Source: a plasmid. From it: a stretch of 64,000 nucleotides of DNA. The translations under genes and the position numbers were made by a program. The stretch lies in sequence record NZ_CP119397.1; one strand, 5' to 3'. How positions within the stretch are numbered: the stretch's first letter is position 1; each line of letters begins with the position of its first letter. Shown here one piece after another: positions 1 through 10,995 of the stretch. The notes beneath the pieces were generated by a model that was not told the origin of the DNA, searched no databases, and was given only the letters and a program-made list of their open reading frames with translations.

Positions 1-707
1 GTGTTTGTCCCCAATAAAAGAAGCCAGATCATCGAGGTTCCCAAAGGGGTTTTGTTTGACTTCCCTGATAATTTCAGAAAGAACAGGCTCGATAAAGTAA
101 TAAAGCATTTCCATTTTTGCCTGGTAAAGCATCCAGTAATAGTCTGGGTCAAGCGCTTTCAACCTTCTGGCCGATAATGCCGCTTTTTGTTCAATTCCAA
201 AGAAATAAAAGGTATAGGCTGCTGCGTGGGTTTTAGCAGCCAGCCTCTGGATTACCGTTTTTTGTATTATCTCTGATTGCGCCAGTGCAGAGGAAATTGA
301 ATAAGCAAACGCATGGCGTGTCATTTTCGCGGTAAATGTGCTGCCGGCAAGGTAAGTCCCGTTTGCGACGAATTTACGGGCTGCGCCCTCTGGGTTGCCT
401 TCTTTTATATCATCACAGACTGATTTAAAATAGAGGAAAAGCATCTGCCGGATGACATCATGATGCTTAAAAATAGATTGAATAGAATAGAGTGTCCTTA
501 ATTCTTCGGAAAGTAATTCGTCACACACAGCATCGTAACCAGGAATAAAACAGGATGAATACCAACTGATGCGCTCCAGGCCGGAATAGAGGGCGGAGGA
601 GACGTCTTCAGCGGATTGCATAACACGCTCAAACCCATGCTGTAAACTCAGGGCTAAATGCCTATCGTGTTGGAACTTGGCCCTCAGGTAATCAGATGCT
701 CTCATTT
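1..707 (-). CDS. Hypothetical protein, 5' portion (gene runs off window start). Reverse-strand ORF beginning MRASDYLRAKFQHDRHLALS..
   Basis: ATG at 707-705 preceded by GGGAGAG RBS; continuous reverse ORF to position 1; no recognisable family. Confidence 0.5.
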
Positions 708-945
708 ATCTCTCCCTATAGCAGGAAATTCGCATCACCCTGCGCACAGTCAATGCAGAAATCAAAATAGAGCGCTGACAAACCGTAAACAATCGCCATG
801 AGTGGAAGGGTTGATATTAATCAAATTAACCACTGTGCAATTTGGCATTCCCTGATGACCAGGCGGCCTGGCCTGCTTCATCGGTACGGCCGGCGAAATG
901 GCTGCTATCGTTAAACGGCATGCATTCACCTACAGGGAGAACACG

Positions 946-1749
946 ATGACCAACAAACTTGCATTAATCACCGGGGCGTCAAACGGCATTGGGTTTGAAA
1001 TCGCCAGACTGTTTGCTAAACATCATTACGATGTGATTGCGGTCGCCAGGAATCCGGAAAAGCTGGAGGACGCCTGTGAGACGTTGCGCCAATATGGCGG
1101 CCAGGTGCACGCCTTTTCTGCTGATTTGAGTGAGTACGACGAGATTGAGCGCCTGAAACGCCAGATTGATGACGCCGGGTTCGCGCTGGATGCGCTGGTG
1201 ATCAACGCCGGGCAAGGGCTGGGCGGGCGGTTTATCGGCGGGACTGACCTGGCGAAAGAGTTGCAGTTAATCCGGCTGAATGTGGATGCCTATGTGCACA
1301 TCGCCAAGATTTTCCTGCCGGACATGATCAGCCGCGGCGAAGGTAAAGTGCTGATGACATCGTCTGTTTCCGGCACGGCACCGATCCCCTTTGAGGCGAT
1401 TTACGGCGCGACCAAAGCCTTTGTGAACTCCTTCTTCTGGGCGATCCGCAATGAACTGAAGGGCACCGGGTTACAGATGACGCTGCTGATGCCGGGCGCC
1501 ACCGAAACCAATTTCTTCAAGAATGCCGGGCAAGCGGACACTACCGTAGGGGCAACTGAGAAAGCCTCACCTGCGGACGTGGCAGAACGCGCCTGGTATG
1601 CCCTGATGAGCGGCCATGAGTATGTGTACGGGGATGACAAAACCGAATGGGAAGGCGACATCCTTAACCGGATGCAGAGCGAACCGCAGAAAGCCCAGCG
1701 TCACCGTATTATCTCTGAGCCGGGTTCCGCCTCTGGCACCTCATCCTGA
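946..1749 (+). CDS. SDR-family short-chain dehydrogenase/reductase
   Basis: N-terminal TGASNGIG Rossmann motif, AGGGAGA RBS before ATG 946; ORF track 898..1749 trimmed to first RBS-supported Met. Confidence 0.85.
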   Translation: MTNKLALITGASNGIGFEIARLFAKHHYDVIAVARNPEKLEDACETLRQYGGQVHAFSADLSEYDEIERLKRQIDDAGFALDALVINAGQGLGGRFIGGTDLAKELQLIRLNVDAYVHIAKIFLPDMISRGEGKVLMTSSVSGTAPIPFEAIYGATKAFVNSFFWAIRNELKGTGLQMTLLMPGATETNFFKNAGQADTTVGATEKASPADVAERAWYALMSGHEYVYGDDKTEWEGDILNRMQSEPQKAQRHRIISEPGSASGTSS

Positions 1750-1814
1750 CCCTGGCGCCCAGAAGATGGCGGTGCAGCGGGCCACGCCACCGCCGCGGCC
1801 CGCTGTGTTACCGG

Positions 1815-3887
1815 TTACGGGCGTCTGAACAGCGCAATGCTGCGCCCTTCCAGCTCGAAATCCTTCTCTTTGGTGATCACAATCCCCGGTTTTGCGGTGT
1901 CTGAGGTGGACAGCTCCAGCACCCAGCCGCCTTCACCGAATTGGGGAATGCGGAACGGCACATTGCCTTCAAACGGGTTGAACAGCATCAGCATGTCGTG
2001 CCAGATGCCCTCTTGCGACTCAAGGTCAGGCCGGTTGATATACACGCCAATGGTTGAGCCTTCATCCCACTGCTCCTCGCGCTGGAAACCGCCCCCGGCA
2101 TTGAACCATTTGATGTCCATGCCGTCGCGCCAGTTCTCGCGGCGCAGCAGCGGCTGTTGGGCGCGCAGGCTGATGACCCGGCGGGTGAACTCGCGCAGTG
2201 CCTGATCGTTGTCTGACAGGTCATCCCAGTGGATCCAGGAGATGTCGCTGTCCTGACAATAGCCGTTGTTGTTGCCTTGCTGGCTGCGGCCGAACTCATC
2301 ACCGGCCAGCAGCATCGGCGTGCCGTGGGAGAAGAACAGCGTGGCGAGGAAGTTGCGTTTCTGGCGCTCGCGCACCGTGGTGATGCCCTGGTCGCGGGTC
2401 GGCCCTTCCTCACCGTAGTTATAAGAGCGGTTATGGTTATGGCCGTCGTTGTTCTCTTCGCCGTTATCCTCGTTGTGCTTGTCGTTGTATGACACCAGAT
2501 CGTTCAGCGTAAAGCCGTCATGGGCGGTGATGAAGTTGACGCTTGCCCACGGGCGGCGGCCGCGCTGGTCGTAGAGGTCACCGGAGCCGAGCAGGCGGGC
2601 GGCGAAATCGGTCGTGACGTTATCGCCTTTCCAGTATTCACGCACCGTGTCGCGGTATTTGTCATTCCACTCGGCCCAGCCCGGCGGGAAGCCGCCGACC
2701 TGATAACCGCCGGGGCCGATGTCCCACGGCTCGCCAATCAGCTTGAGTTTGGACAATACCGGGTCTTGCATCATCGCATCGAAAAAGCCGCTGCGCTGGT
2801 CGAAGCCTTCCGGCTCACGGCCCAGGATGGTGCCGAGGTCAAAGCGGAAGCCGTCAATGTGCATCGTTTCCGCCCAGTAACGCAGCGAATCCATGATCAT
2901 CTGCAACACGCGCGGGTGCGAGGTGTTCACGGTGTTCCCGGTGCCGGTGTCGTTGATGTAGTAACGGTGCTGGTCGGGCAGGGTGCGGTAATAGGAGAAG
3001 TTGTCGATGCCTTTGAACGACAGCGTCGGGCCAAGTTCGTTGCCCTCCGCCGTGTGGTTGTACACCACGTCGAGGATCACCTCGATATTGGCGTCATGGT
3101 AGGCACGCACCATATCGCGGAACCCCTGGATGCCGTTCGGCCCGTAATAGCGCGAGGCAGGGGCGAAGAAGCCCAGGGTGTTATAGCCCCAGAAATTCTT
3201 CAGCCCGCGGTCGAGCAGGTGCTGGTCATCCGGGAACCAGTGCACCGGCAGCAGCTCCACCGAGGTGATGCCGAGGCTTTTGATGTACTCCACCGAGGCC
3301 TTATGGCCCATGCCCTCAAAGGTGCCGCGCAGCTCGCGCGGCAGCGCGCCGTTACGCTGCGTAAACCCTTTGACATGGGTCTCGTAAATCACCGTGTCTG
3401 ACCACGGGATCGCCGGGCGCTGCGTCTCCTGCCGGGCGTTGCCGGGGTCAATCACCCGGCACTTCGGCGTAAAGGGGGCGCTGTCACGGGCATCAAAGGT
3501 CAGGTCTTTATCTTCATGCAACAAATCATAGGCAAAATGCGCTTCATTCCATTCAATGTCCCCGGCCAGCTCACGCGCGTAGGGGTCAATCAACAGCTTG
3601 TTGGGGTTGAAGCGGTGGCCGTTCTCCGGATCGTAAGGGCCATACACGCGGTAACCGTAAAGTGCGCCCGGTTTCAGGCCCGGCACATAGCCGTGCCAGA
3701 CTTCATGCGTATATTCCGGCAGCTCCAGCCGGGCGATTTCGGTTTTTCCGCTGGGATCGTAAAGGCAAAGCTCAACGCGCTCCGCATGGGCTGAGAAGAG
3801 CGCAAAATTAACACCCTGACCATCAAAGTTGGCGCCAAGCACCTGGCCAGACCCTGTTGTGATTTCAAAAGGCTTATTGTTCGACAT
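1815..3887 (-). CDS. glgX: Glycogen debranching enzyme GlgX/TreX (GH13 isoamylase-type)
   Basis: Strong collinear similarity to E. coli GlgX (GANFDGQGVNFALFSAHAERVEL, GFRFDL, EPWD motifs); GAGGAAAG RBS before ATG 3887. Confidence 0.9.
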   Translation of the reverse strand: MSNNKPFEITTGSGQVLGANFDGQGVNFALFSAHAERVELCLYDPSGKTEIARLELPEYTHEVWHGYVPGLKPGALYGYRVYGPYDPENGHRFNPNKLLIDPYARELAGDIEWNEAHFAYDLLHEDKDLTFDARDSAPFTPKCRVIDPGNARQETQRPAIPWSDTVIYETHVKGFTQRNGALPRELRGTFEGMGHKASVEYIKSLGITSVELLPVHWFPDDQHLLDRGLKNFWGYNTLGFFAPASRYYGPNGIQGFRDMVRAYHDANIEVILDVVYNHTAEGNELGPTLSFKGIDNFSYYRTLPDQHRYYINDTGTGNTVNTSHPRVLQMIMDSLRYWAETMHIDGFRFDLGTILGREPEGFDQRSGFFDAMMQDPVLSKLKLIGEPWDIGPGGYQVGGFPPGWAEWNDKYRDTVREYWKGDNVTTDFAARLLGSGDLYDQRGRRPWASVNFITAHDGFTLNDLVSYNDKHNEDNGEENNDGHNHNRSYNYGEEGPTRDQGITTVRERQKRNFLATLFFSHGTPMLLAGDEFGRSQQGNNNGYCQDSDISWIHWDDLSDNDQALREFTRRVISLRAQQPLLRRENWRDGMDIKWFNAGGGFQREEQWDEGSTIGVYINRPDLESQEGIWHDMLMLFNPFEGNVPFRIPQFGEGGWVLELSTSDTAKPGIVITKEKDFELEGRSIALFRRP

Positions 3888-4230
3888 GCTTTCCTCGTTC
3901 TCAAAAGTACGGACTTTTCTGCACTGCAATGATGAGTACGTCAGCGTTTTTACACGACGGCATGAGCGGCATGAAATTTCGGTGTCACCAATCCTTGACT
4001 ATGCTGTAGGTAGGCCGGCAAGTGGTTGATTCTGCGTCGGGATGCTGCGTATGCCAATCAATCATAGACCATGCTGTAAGAAGTGCGGTGACGCTGTCAC
4101 CCCGCGCCGCCCAGACAGTGTGGCTGAAGGGCTGCCGTTCAGGCCGGAACAGGCAGTGAGGGCAGTACAGACGTACTGTGTGAAAGAGGCCGGAAACCAG
4201 GTCTTTTGCCTGACTTTTAAGGATGTACGT

Positions 4231-6117
4231 ATGTTGATGCATCACGATATGGAGACCTTCCGGGACAATGAGGGGTTCTGCGATCTGGGTGACTACGCCG
4301 CCGTGGGCGAGGGGCGCACGGTGGCGCTGCTGGCACCGGATGGCTCGGTAGACTGGTGGTGTGTGCCCGATCTGGATTCACCGCCGCTGTTCGACCGGCT
4401 GCTGGACAGCGGGCACGGCGGCTATTTTCAGATTACGCCGGATGAGCCGTACCGCATGACCCGGCACTACCGCGAAAACAGCAACGTGCTCGAAACCCTG
4501 TATGAAACCGCGAGCGGGCGGATAAAAATCACCGAATCCATCAACAGCACCCTGGCCGGCCCGCTGCCGTGGAATGAGCTGGCCCGCCGTATTGAGGGGC
4601 TGGAAGGGCGCGTCCCGGTGTCATTGCGGCTGAAAATCGGCACCGCCGCCGACACCCGCAGGCCGTGGGCGCACCACACTTCCCAGGGCACCGTCTGGAA
4701 TGTCGGCGCGCTGCTGCTGATGCTGCGCACCAGTGAGGAGATCAGGCACCATGCCGAGTGCGACGATGAAGGGACGCGTGCGGTGTTCACGGTGGCCGCA
4801 GGCGATCGTTACCTGGCGGCGCTGCTGGTCACGAAAGATGAGCCGCTGGCGGTGCCCTGTCTGGAGCGGATTGATGAGCGCATCGACACCAGCGATCTCG
4901 CCTGGCGGAGCTGGGTCGGCGGCTTGTGCTATGAGGGGAAATACCGGGACGCGGTGCGGCGTTCAGCGCTGGCGCTGAAATTCCTCTGGTACTCCCCGAC
5001 CGGGGCGCTGGCGGCGGCCGCGACCCTGGGCCTGCCCGAGGGCGAGGGCAATGACAAGAATTACGACTACCGCTACGCCTGGGTGCGTGATTCCTGCATG
5101 ATCATTAAATCGTTTATCTATATCGGCGCACTGGAGGACTGTAAGGCCGCTTTCTCCTGGCTGGCTGCCGCGCTGAACGCCAACGGCGGCGAGCTGCGTA
5201 CCTGTTTCCGGCTGGACGGCACCAGCGTGCCGGAGGAGCGGTTTGTGCCGGTGCAGGGGTATCGCGGTGCGCAACCGGTGCGGCTGGGGAACAATGCTGC
5301 CGATCAGCTTCAGCTGTGCAACTACGGCGATGTGTTGGACACCGCCGCCCGCTTTACCGAGGCGGGCCACGTGCTGGACCTGCACACCTCGCGGCTGCTG
5401 GGGCATCTGGCAAACCGCTGTGCGGATACCTGGCTGCAAAAGGATTGCGGCATCTGGGAGCTGCCGGAGATGCAGCACTATACCCAGTCCAAAATGGCCT
5501 GCTGGGTGGCGCTGAATCAGGCGGTGCGCCTGGCTGACGGCGGTTATATCGAACCCACCTGGGTAAAACGCTGGGAGCGGGAACGCGATCGCATCCGCGA
5601 CTGGATCGAAACCCATTGCTGGTCAGACGAACGCCAGGCGTACACCTTCTGGCCCGGCACCACGCGGCTGGATGCTTCCGTGGCGCTGATGCACCAGTAC
5701 GGCAAGCAGGTGTCCGAAAGCCGGATGCTCAGCACGCTGGACGCCCTGCGCGAGGAGCTGGGGGCGGACAATATGATGATCTACCGCTACTCCGATGTGC
5801 AAAAAGAGGAAAACACCTTTATTGCCTGTGCGTTCTGGATGGCGGAGGCGCTGGCGGTGCTGGGGCGGCATGACGAGGGGGAACACGCCATGCAGGTGGT
5901 GCTGGAGACGCTGAGCCAGGGGAAAAACGCCGGGATCATGAGCGAGATGTATAACGTCCATAAACAGAAATGCTGCGGGAATATGCCGCAGGGGCTGAGC
6001 CATCTCTCGGTGATCTGCGCATCCCATACCGTCTCGGCAGCCTGCATGGGCGGCGATGACTCTCAGCCGGGCGCCATCAGGGTCGGCTGCCTGGCGAACG
6101 GAAAAGATCACGACTGA
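4231..6117 (+). CDS. Glycoside hydrolase family 15 protein (glucoamylase/trehalase-like)
   Basis: GH15 signature YRYAWVRDS; AAGGAT RBS before ATG 4231 (ORF track start 4042 unsupported by RBS). Confidence 0.8.
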   Translation: MLMHHDMETFRDNEGFCDLGDYAAVGEGRTVALLAPDGSVDWWCVPDLDSPPLFDRLLDSGHGGYFQITPDEPYRMTRHYRENSNVLETLYETASGRIKITESINSTLAGPLPWNELARRIEGLEGRVPVSLRLKIGTAADTRRPWAHHTSQGTVWNVGALLLMLRTSEEIRHHAECDDEGTRAVFTVAAGDRYLAALLVTKDEPLAVPCLERIDERIDTSDLAWRSWVGGLCYEGKYRDAVRRSALALKFLWYSPTGALAAAATLGLPEGEGNDKNYDYRYAWVRDSCMIIKSFIYIGALEDCKAAFSWLAAALNANGGELRTCFRLDGTSVPEERFVPVQGYRGAQPVRLGNNAADQLQLCNYGDVLDTAARFTEAGHVLDLHTSRLLGHLANRCADTWLQKDCGIWELPEMQHYTQSKMACWVALNQAVRLADGGYIEPTWVKRWERERDRIRDWIETHCWSDERQAYTFWPGTTRLDASVALMHQYGKQVSESRMLSTLDALREELGADNMMIYRYSDVQKEENTFIACAFWMAEALAVLGRHDEGEHAMQVVLETLSQGKNAGIMSEMYNVHKQKCCGNMPQGLSHLSVICASHTVSAACMGGDDSQPGAIRVGCLANGKDHD

Positions 6118-6132
6118 CGCCCGCGGGCGTCA

Positions 6133-6167
6133 CCGTTTCCCCCGCTGCCCAGAGTAGCAGGGGGAAG
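6133..6167. terminator. Imperfect GC-rich hairpin between convergent GH15 and AraC genes
   Basis: tttcccccgctgc..gcagggggaa inverted repeat in 58-bp convergent intergenic gap. Confidence 0.4.
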
Positions 6168-6175
6168 CGGGGCAT

Positions 6176-7045
6176 TTAACGTTTTACCTGGCCGGTTAAC
6201 CAGAACTTTTTATACCGTGCCGGGGGAATGCCCACCAGGTTATGGAATATCCGGTGGAAATTATTGACGTTATCGTAGCCGACGGCATTCGCCACTTCCG
6301 TCACGCCTAAATCCGTGCTCAATAACAGCGATTGTGCTTCGCCAATACGGCGGCGGGTCTGGTACTGTTTCGGCGAATAACCGGAAAAGGCCTTAAACAC
6401 ATGGGCAAGATAAAACCGGTTCATCTCCAGGGCGGAGGTCATTGCCGTGAAAGAGAGCTCATCCTTGTAATGCTCATCAATAAAGTTTTTAATTTTCTGG
6501 CCTAATGCCAGGGTGGGGCTTTCATACGTCTGGTGGTGTTCAATCCAGAGTCCCCGGCACATAAGAAGTAATGCACTCAACAGGCTGTTTGCTATATCAC
6601 TGGAGTAAGGTTTATTACTGCCGGCGTGATGCCACATCTGATAAAAAATATGCCGGATTTCATCACAATGTTCCCCGCCCGGCATCACAGCCATCTGGCC
6701 GCGTGGTGTCAGCGTATTTAAGGGTAACCCCTCAAATTTCAGCTGTTCGACACCGCAGCTGAATATCAGTAAATCATCGGAAGGATAAGGGTTTTCATCA
6801 TGCAAAATACCGGCATTAAACAGCAGTAAATCCCCCTGTTTTACCGGATAGCTCTGCCCATCGATGTTATACATCCCGCTGCCCTGCGTAATAAACAGCA
6901 GTTCAAAACGCTCGTCATGTTTATGCATCACCCTCGGGGTTGCGGCCTCACGGCCTTCCGCTTTACAGATAAACATCAGCCTGGGTCTGAAGCCATTCTC
7001 ATATCCGCCCGACACAGGATGTTCATTCACGCAGAATGTCAGCAT
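6176..7045 (-). CDS. AraC-family transcriptional regulator (cupin + HTH)
   Basis: C-terminal AraC HTH (NVNNFHRIFHNLVGIPPARY); GGGAGA RBS before ATG 7045. Confidence 0.85.
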   Translation of the reverse strand: MLTFCVNEHPVSGGYENGFRPRLMFICKAEGREAATPRVMHKHDERFELLFITQGSGMYNIDGQSYPVKQGDLLLFNAGILHDENPYPSDDLLIFSCGVEQLKFEGLPLNTLTPRGQMAVMPGGEHCDEIRHIFYQMWHHAGSNKPYSSDIANSLLSALLLMCRGLWIEHHQTYESPTLALGQKIKNFIDEHYKDELSFTAMTSALEMNRFYLAHVFKAFSGYSPKQYQTRRRIGEAQSLLLSTDLGVTEVANAVGYDNVNNFHRIFHNLVGIPPARYKKFWLTGQVKR

Positions 7046-7955
7046 GGTTTCTCCCTTAACGTTCAGCGCTATTCTTGCACTGCCACGCCGGGCAGTAGTC
7101 ATCAAATTTGCTTTTTACTAAAATTTAATTAACTGATTTATAACAACTTGGTGAATTTATTTATACCAAAAAGGATGATTTTTGCTTTGCGAAAATCTTG
7201 CTGCCGCTTATTTATGATCTGGGTCACATTTTTACTGCTATGAAAAAACCTTTCCGCTTTTGCCCTCTCTTGCCTGAGAAAAACCACGTTAAAAAATAGG
7301 GGGCAACACCGGGAAAAAAAGGCGCATTAATCGCATGGTTAATGAAGTGGGAAAAGGCGGTTTCTCTTCAAAACAGCATAAAGGGGCCTGTTAGCGTTAC
7401 CGTGGAATAAGAGACTTTCTATTCCAGGCAGGGGAGCGCTCCTGATAGTGATATTTGATAAATCCCCCTGATAAAGCAGGAGTCATTATTTTATATGCTC
7501 AGGCCTGTGCGCCTATAAAAGCGGGACAGGGTGAAGAGAGTGCAGTCACGGGAAATATCTTCATTCTTGCTAAATCAATGATTAACTTCGCGCTTGTGAC
7601 CCACATCACTGAAACCGGCTTTCTTAATAAAAAAAATTGATCTCCTGCACGGTATGAAAATTTCGATCTCAATGAGAATGGTTTTTTATTTTCAATTGGG
7701 GGTAATCTTGTTTCATCCATTGCCGGAGCCGAATAAAAACGGGATTAACCACAGATAAGCCAGACAGGCGTTTTCCCCCGCAAAAGGTTGGCCTGGATGT
7801 TAATGCATTACCTTAAGGGTGGGTTATTTATCATGAGATGAACAGTAGGGTATTGCTTTATTACCTTGTGAAAGGAAAAGCCCACAGGCGTCACCCTGGC
7901 CACATTTATCATGCCTATGCCGGTTAACACCTTAAAAACCAGATGGGGTAGTAAC

Positions 7956-9383
7956 ATGTATAATAAAACTGACCTGCTTAATAGAACCACCCTGAAAAAC
8001 CCTGACCGAATGAAGTTTATTACGCTGGTGTCAACGATCGGCGGACTCTGCTTTGGCTATGATACCGGCGTAATATCCGGCGCGCTTATTTTCATGAAAG
8101 ATGATCTGGGTCTGACGCCGGTTCAGGAAGGGTTCATTACCTCCTTTCTTTTATTTGGTGCGGCATTAGGTTCCTTATTTGGCGGCTATTTGTCTGATAA
8201 GCAGGGGCGTCGCAAGAACCTGCTGTGGGTCGCCGCTATCTTTATTTTTGGTGCCCTCGGCACGGCCTGCGCGTGGGATGTGCCCTCGATGATCGTGGCG
8301 CGCTTTGTACTGGGGCTGGCTGTAGGCTGTGCGTCAGTCACCGTCCCTATTTACATTTCCGAACTGGCCAGGCCTGAACAGCGCGAACGTCTGGTCACCG
8401 TCAATGAGCTGATGATCGTCACCGGCCAGTTTCTGGCCTATACGGTGAATGCCGCTATCGTCAATCTCTATCCTGAAATGTCCCATAACTGGCGGATTAT
8501 GCTGGCAATCCCCGCGCTGCCCGGTGCGCTGTTATGGGTGGGTATGCTGATGATGCCGGAGTCACCCCGCTTCTTTATGCGGCGCGGAGAAACGGAAAAA
8601 GCGGTGAAGGTTCTGGAAACGCTGCGCTCGCCCGGCGAAGTACAGAAGGAAATCAAAGAGATTCAGAAAATCATCCAGATTGATTCCGTCAAGGTGAGTC
8701 TGTTTGAAGAGCTTAAAAAACCCTGGGTGATCCAACTTATCCTGATCGGCCTGATGATTGTGTTGGCGACGCGTGTCACAGGGGTGAATACCATTATGTA
8801 TTACGCGCCGACCGTACTGAAATCCACGGGCTTAGGCGATGCCGCCGCAGTCACCGGGGCGGTCGCTAACGGGGTGGTCTCTATTCTGGCCACGCTGATG
8901 GGTATGCTGTTAATCGGAAAGCACTCGCGCAGGAAAATGTTCTTTACCGGGCAGATCGGGGTGACCCTCAGCCTGATCCTGATTGGCGTTTCTTTTAAGG
9001 TCTTTTTCCATACCGAAACACTAAACGGCATCGAAAGTGTGCACGCTAATTTCGCCGGGGCAAGTTATATCATTCTCGGGTTAATGCTGGTGTTCCTGGT
9101 GTTTATGCAGGGGTGGATCGCCCCGGTATTCTGGTTGATGCTGGCGGAGATATACCCTCTGCGTATGCGTGGCCTGGGCATGGGGATCGCCGTTTTCGGC
9201 CTGTGGATATTCGACTTTATTATTCAGTCTGTTTTCCCCATTCTGTTGAATCATTATGGCGGCGGTATGACCTTCGGGTTCTTTGCGGCAACAAACGTCA
9301 TTATGCTTATTCTGCTGTTTAAATTCCTGCCCGAGACTCGTGGGCTTTCATTAGAACAAATTGAAAATAAATTCCGTTTCTGA
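7956..9383 (+). CDS. MFS sugar porter (IolT/GalP-like sugar:H+ symporter)
   Basis: 12-TM sugar porter motifs (GRRK, PESPRF, PETRG); start at MYNKTDL after GGGGTAG. Confidence 0.85.
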   Translation: MYNKTDLLNRTTLKNPDRMKFITLVSTIGGLCFGYDTGVISGALIFMKDDLGLTPVQEGFITSFLLFGAALGSLFGGYLSDKQGRRKNLLWVAAIFIFGALGTACAWDVPSMIVARFVLGLAVGCASVTVPIYISELARPEQRERLVTVNELMIVTGQFLAYTVNAAIVNLYPEMSHNWRIMLAIPALPGALLWVGMLMMPESPRFFMRRGETEKAVKVLETLRSPGEVQKEIKEIQKIIQIDSVKVSLFEELKKPWVIQLILIGLMIVLATRVTGVNTIMYYAPTVLKSTGLGDAAAVTGAVANGVVSILATLMGMLLIGKHSRRKMFFTGQIGVTLSLILIGVSFKVFFHTETLNGIESVHANFAGASYIILGLMLVFLVFMQGWIAPVFWLMLAEIYPLRMRGLGMGIAVFGLWIFDFIIQSVFPILLNHYGGGMTFGFFAATNVIMLILLFKFLPETRGLSLEQIENKFRF

Positions 9384-9407
9384 TCCATGATAATGAGGTA
9401 AATAACC

Positions 9408-10433
9408 ATGTCGGTAAATATCGGATTAATTGGTTTAGGCATGATTGGCCGCGATCATTTGCAACGTTTCAAACAGGTCATCAACAATGCTAATGTCACT
9501 GCCATCTGCGATATCAACAGCGGTGTCGCCAATGCGCTGGCGCAGGAATATAACGTCACCCCTTTTTATGATGCCATTGAGATGATCAATTCAGAGTTGG
9601 TTGATGCGGTATTTATCTGTTCCATCGGCCCGGTGCATAAAGAGCAAATCCTGGCGGCCATTAAAGCCGGGAAACCTGTCTTTTGTGAAAAACCGCTCAC
9701 CCCCACCGCGATTGACGCCAGGGAAATTATTGAAGCCGAAGTCAGCTATGGTAAGCGGTTGCTGCAACTTGGCTTTATGCGACGTTTTGACCCAGGTTAC
9801 CAGGCACTGAAACAGAGCATCGGGACGGGCGAGCTAGGCGAGATTTTACTGATGCATTGCGCGCACCGGAACCCGTCGGTGCCGGAAAGCTACACCCTTG
9901 AGATGGCAATAAACGACTCAGCGACCCATGAAATAGACATTATCCATTATCTGCTGAATGAAAATATTGTCTCTGTCCGGGTAGATAAGCCGCGCAAAAA
10001 AACCAGCCGGGCTTTAGGCCATTTGCAAGACCCGCTCATTGTTATTTTTGAAACCGAGTCGGGTGTCCGTATCGATGATGAGCTATTCGTTAACTGCCAC
10101 TATGGGTATGACATCCGCTGTGAAGTGATCGGCGAAAATGCCATCGCGAGCCTGACAGAACAAGCCCTGACCGTGACCCGTTCAGCCAATGGGGTGGGGC
10201 GGCATATCGCACAAAGTTGCATGGAACGCTTTGCCACCGCTTACGATCGCGAAGTACAGAATTTTGTAGATCGCGTAAAGAGCGGCAGCGGCATGACCGG
10301 CCCCTCGTCGTGGGATGGTTACCTGGTGGCGCTGGTGTGTGATGCCGGCATCGCCTCGCTGAACGATGGATTAAAACATGATGTCACCATCCCGGCGCGC
10401 CCGGCGTTATACCAGCCACTCTCAGAGAGTTAA
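9408..10433 (+). CDS. Gfo/Idh/MocA-family NAD-dependent oxidoreductase (inositol 2-dehydrogenase-like)
   Basis: N-terminal IGLIGLGMIGRDH Rossmann, EKP motif. Confidence 0.85.
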   Translation: MSVNIGLIGLGMIGRDHLQRFKQVINNANVTAICDINSGVANALAQEYNVTPFYDAIEMINSELVDAVFICSIGPVHKEQILAAIKAGKPVFCEKPLTPTAIDAREIIEAEVSYGKRLLQLGFMRRFDPGYQALKQSIGTGELGEILLMHCAHRNPSVPESYTLEMAINDSATHEIDIIHYLLNENIVSVRVDKPRKKTSRALGHLQDPLIVIFETESGVRIDDELFVNCHYGYDIRCEVIGENAIASLTEQALTVTRSANGVGRHIAQSCMERFATAYDREVQNFVDRVKSGSGMTGPSSWDGYLVALVCDAGIASLNDGLKHDVTIPARPALYQPLSES

Positions 10434-10507
10434 TCGTTTCACTCACGGAGCAGGGCAGGCACGTCGCGAGGGTTCGCCCGCGGCGTGGCATTGCACAGGA
10501 GCGGAAT

Positions 10508-10936
10508 ATGCTGAATTTGTCTGAAGAAAATATTTTTCTTAATTGCCGGGCACCGTCTAAAAAAGAAGCCATAAAAATCGCTGCTGACGCGCTCATTCAG
10601 AGCGGTTTTGCGAAAACGGGCTTTTTCGAGGCGATGATGGCACGTGAAAAGAGTGTATCGACCTATTTAGGGGCAGGCGTTGCATTACCTCACTGTGCGA
10701 AAGAGAACATCGATCTGGTCATTAAAACCGGCTTCCATCTATTCCAATTTCCTCAGGGCGTGAGCTGGGGAGCCGGGAAAGTCGCATTCGTGGTGGTGGC
10801 GGTCGCGGCGAAACATAACGAGCACCTTCAGGTGTTAGCGGATATCGCAGATTTATTGGGTGATGAATTAAAAACGACGCTCCTGGCGCAGGCAACCCGT
10901 AAAAAAGACTTTATTGAACAGTTTGAAAAACAGTGA
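10508..10936 (+). CDS. PTS EIIA component, fructose/mannitol (type-2) family
   Basis: PTS_EIIA_2 fold with active-site His context (GVALPHC). Confidence 0.75.
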   Translation: MLNLSEENIFLNCRAPSKKEAIKIAADALIQSGFAKTGFFEAMMAREKSVSTYLGAGVALPHCAKENIDLVIKTGFHLFQFPQGVSWGAGKVAFVVVAVAAKHNEHLQVLADIADLLGDELKTTLLAQATRKKDFIEQFEKQ

Positions 10937-10995
10937 CGCCAGCGGCGTTACCCAGGCTGTTTAACAATGTAGACATGACTGATAAAGGATGACAC

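Noticed and set aside
2520-3401. 293-aa plus-strand ORF inside glgX
   Set aside because: Antisense to a strongly conserved GH13 gene. High-GC DNA commonly yields long spurious antisense ORFs. It has no RBS and low-complexity Ala/Val/Arg composition.
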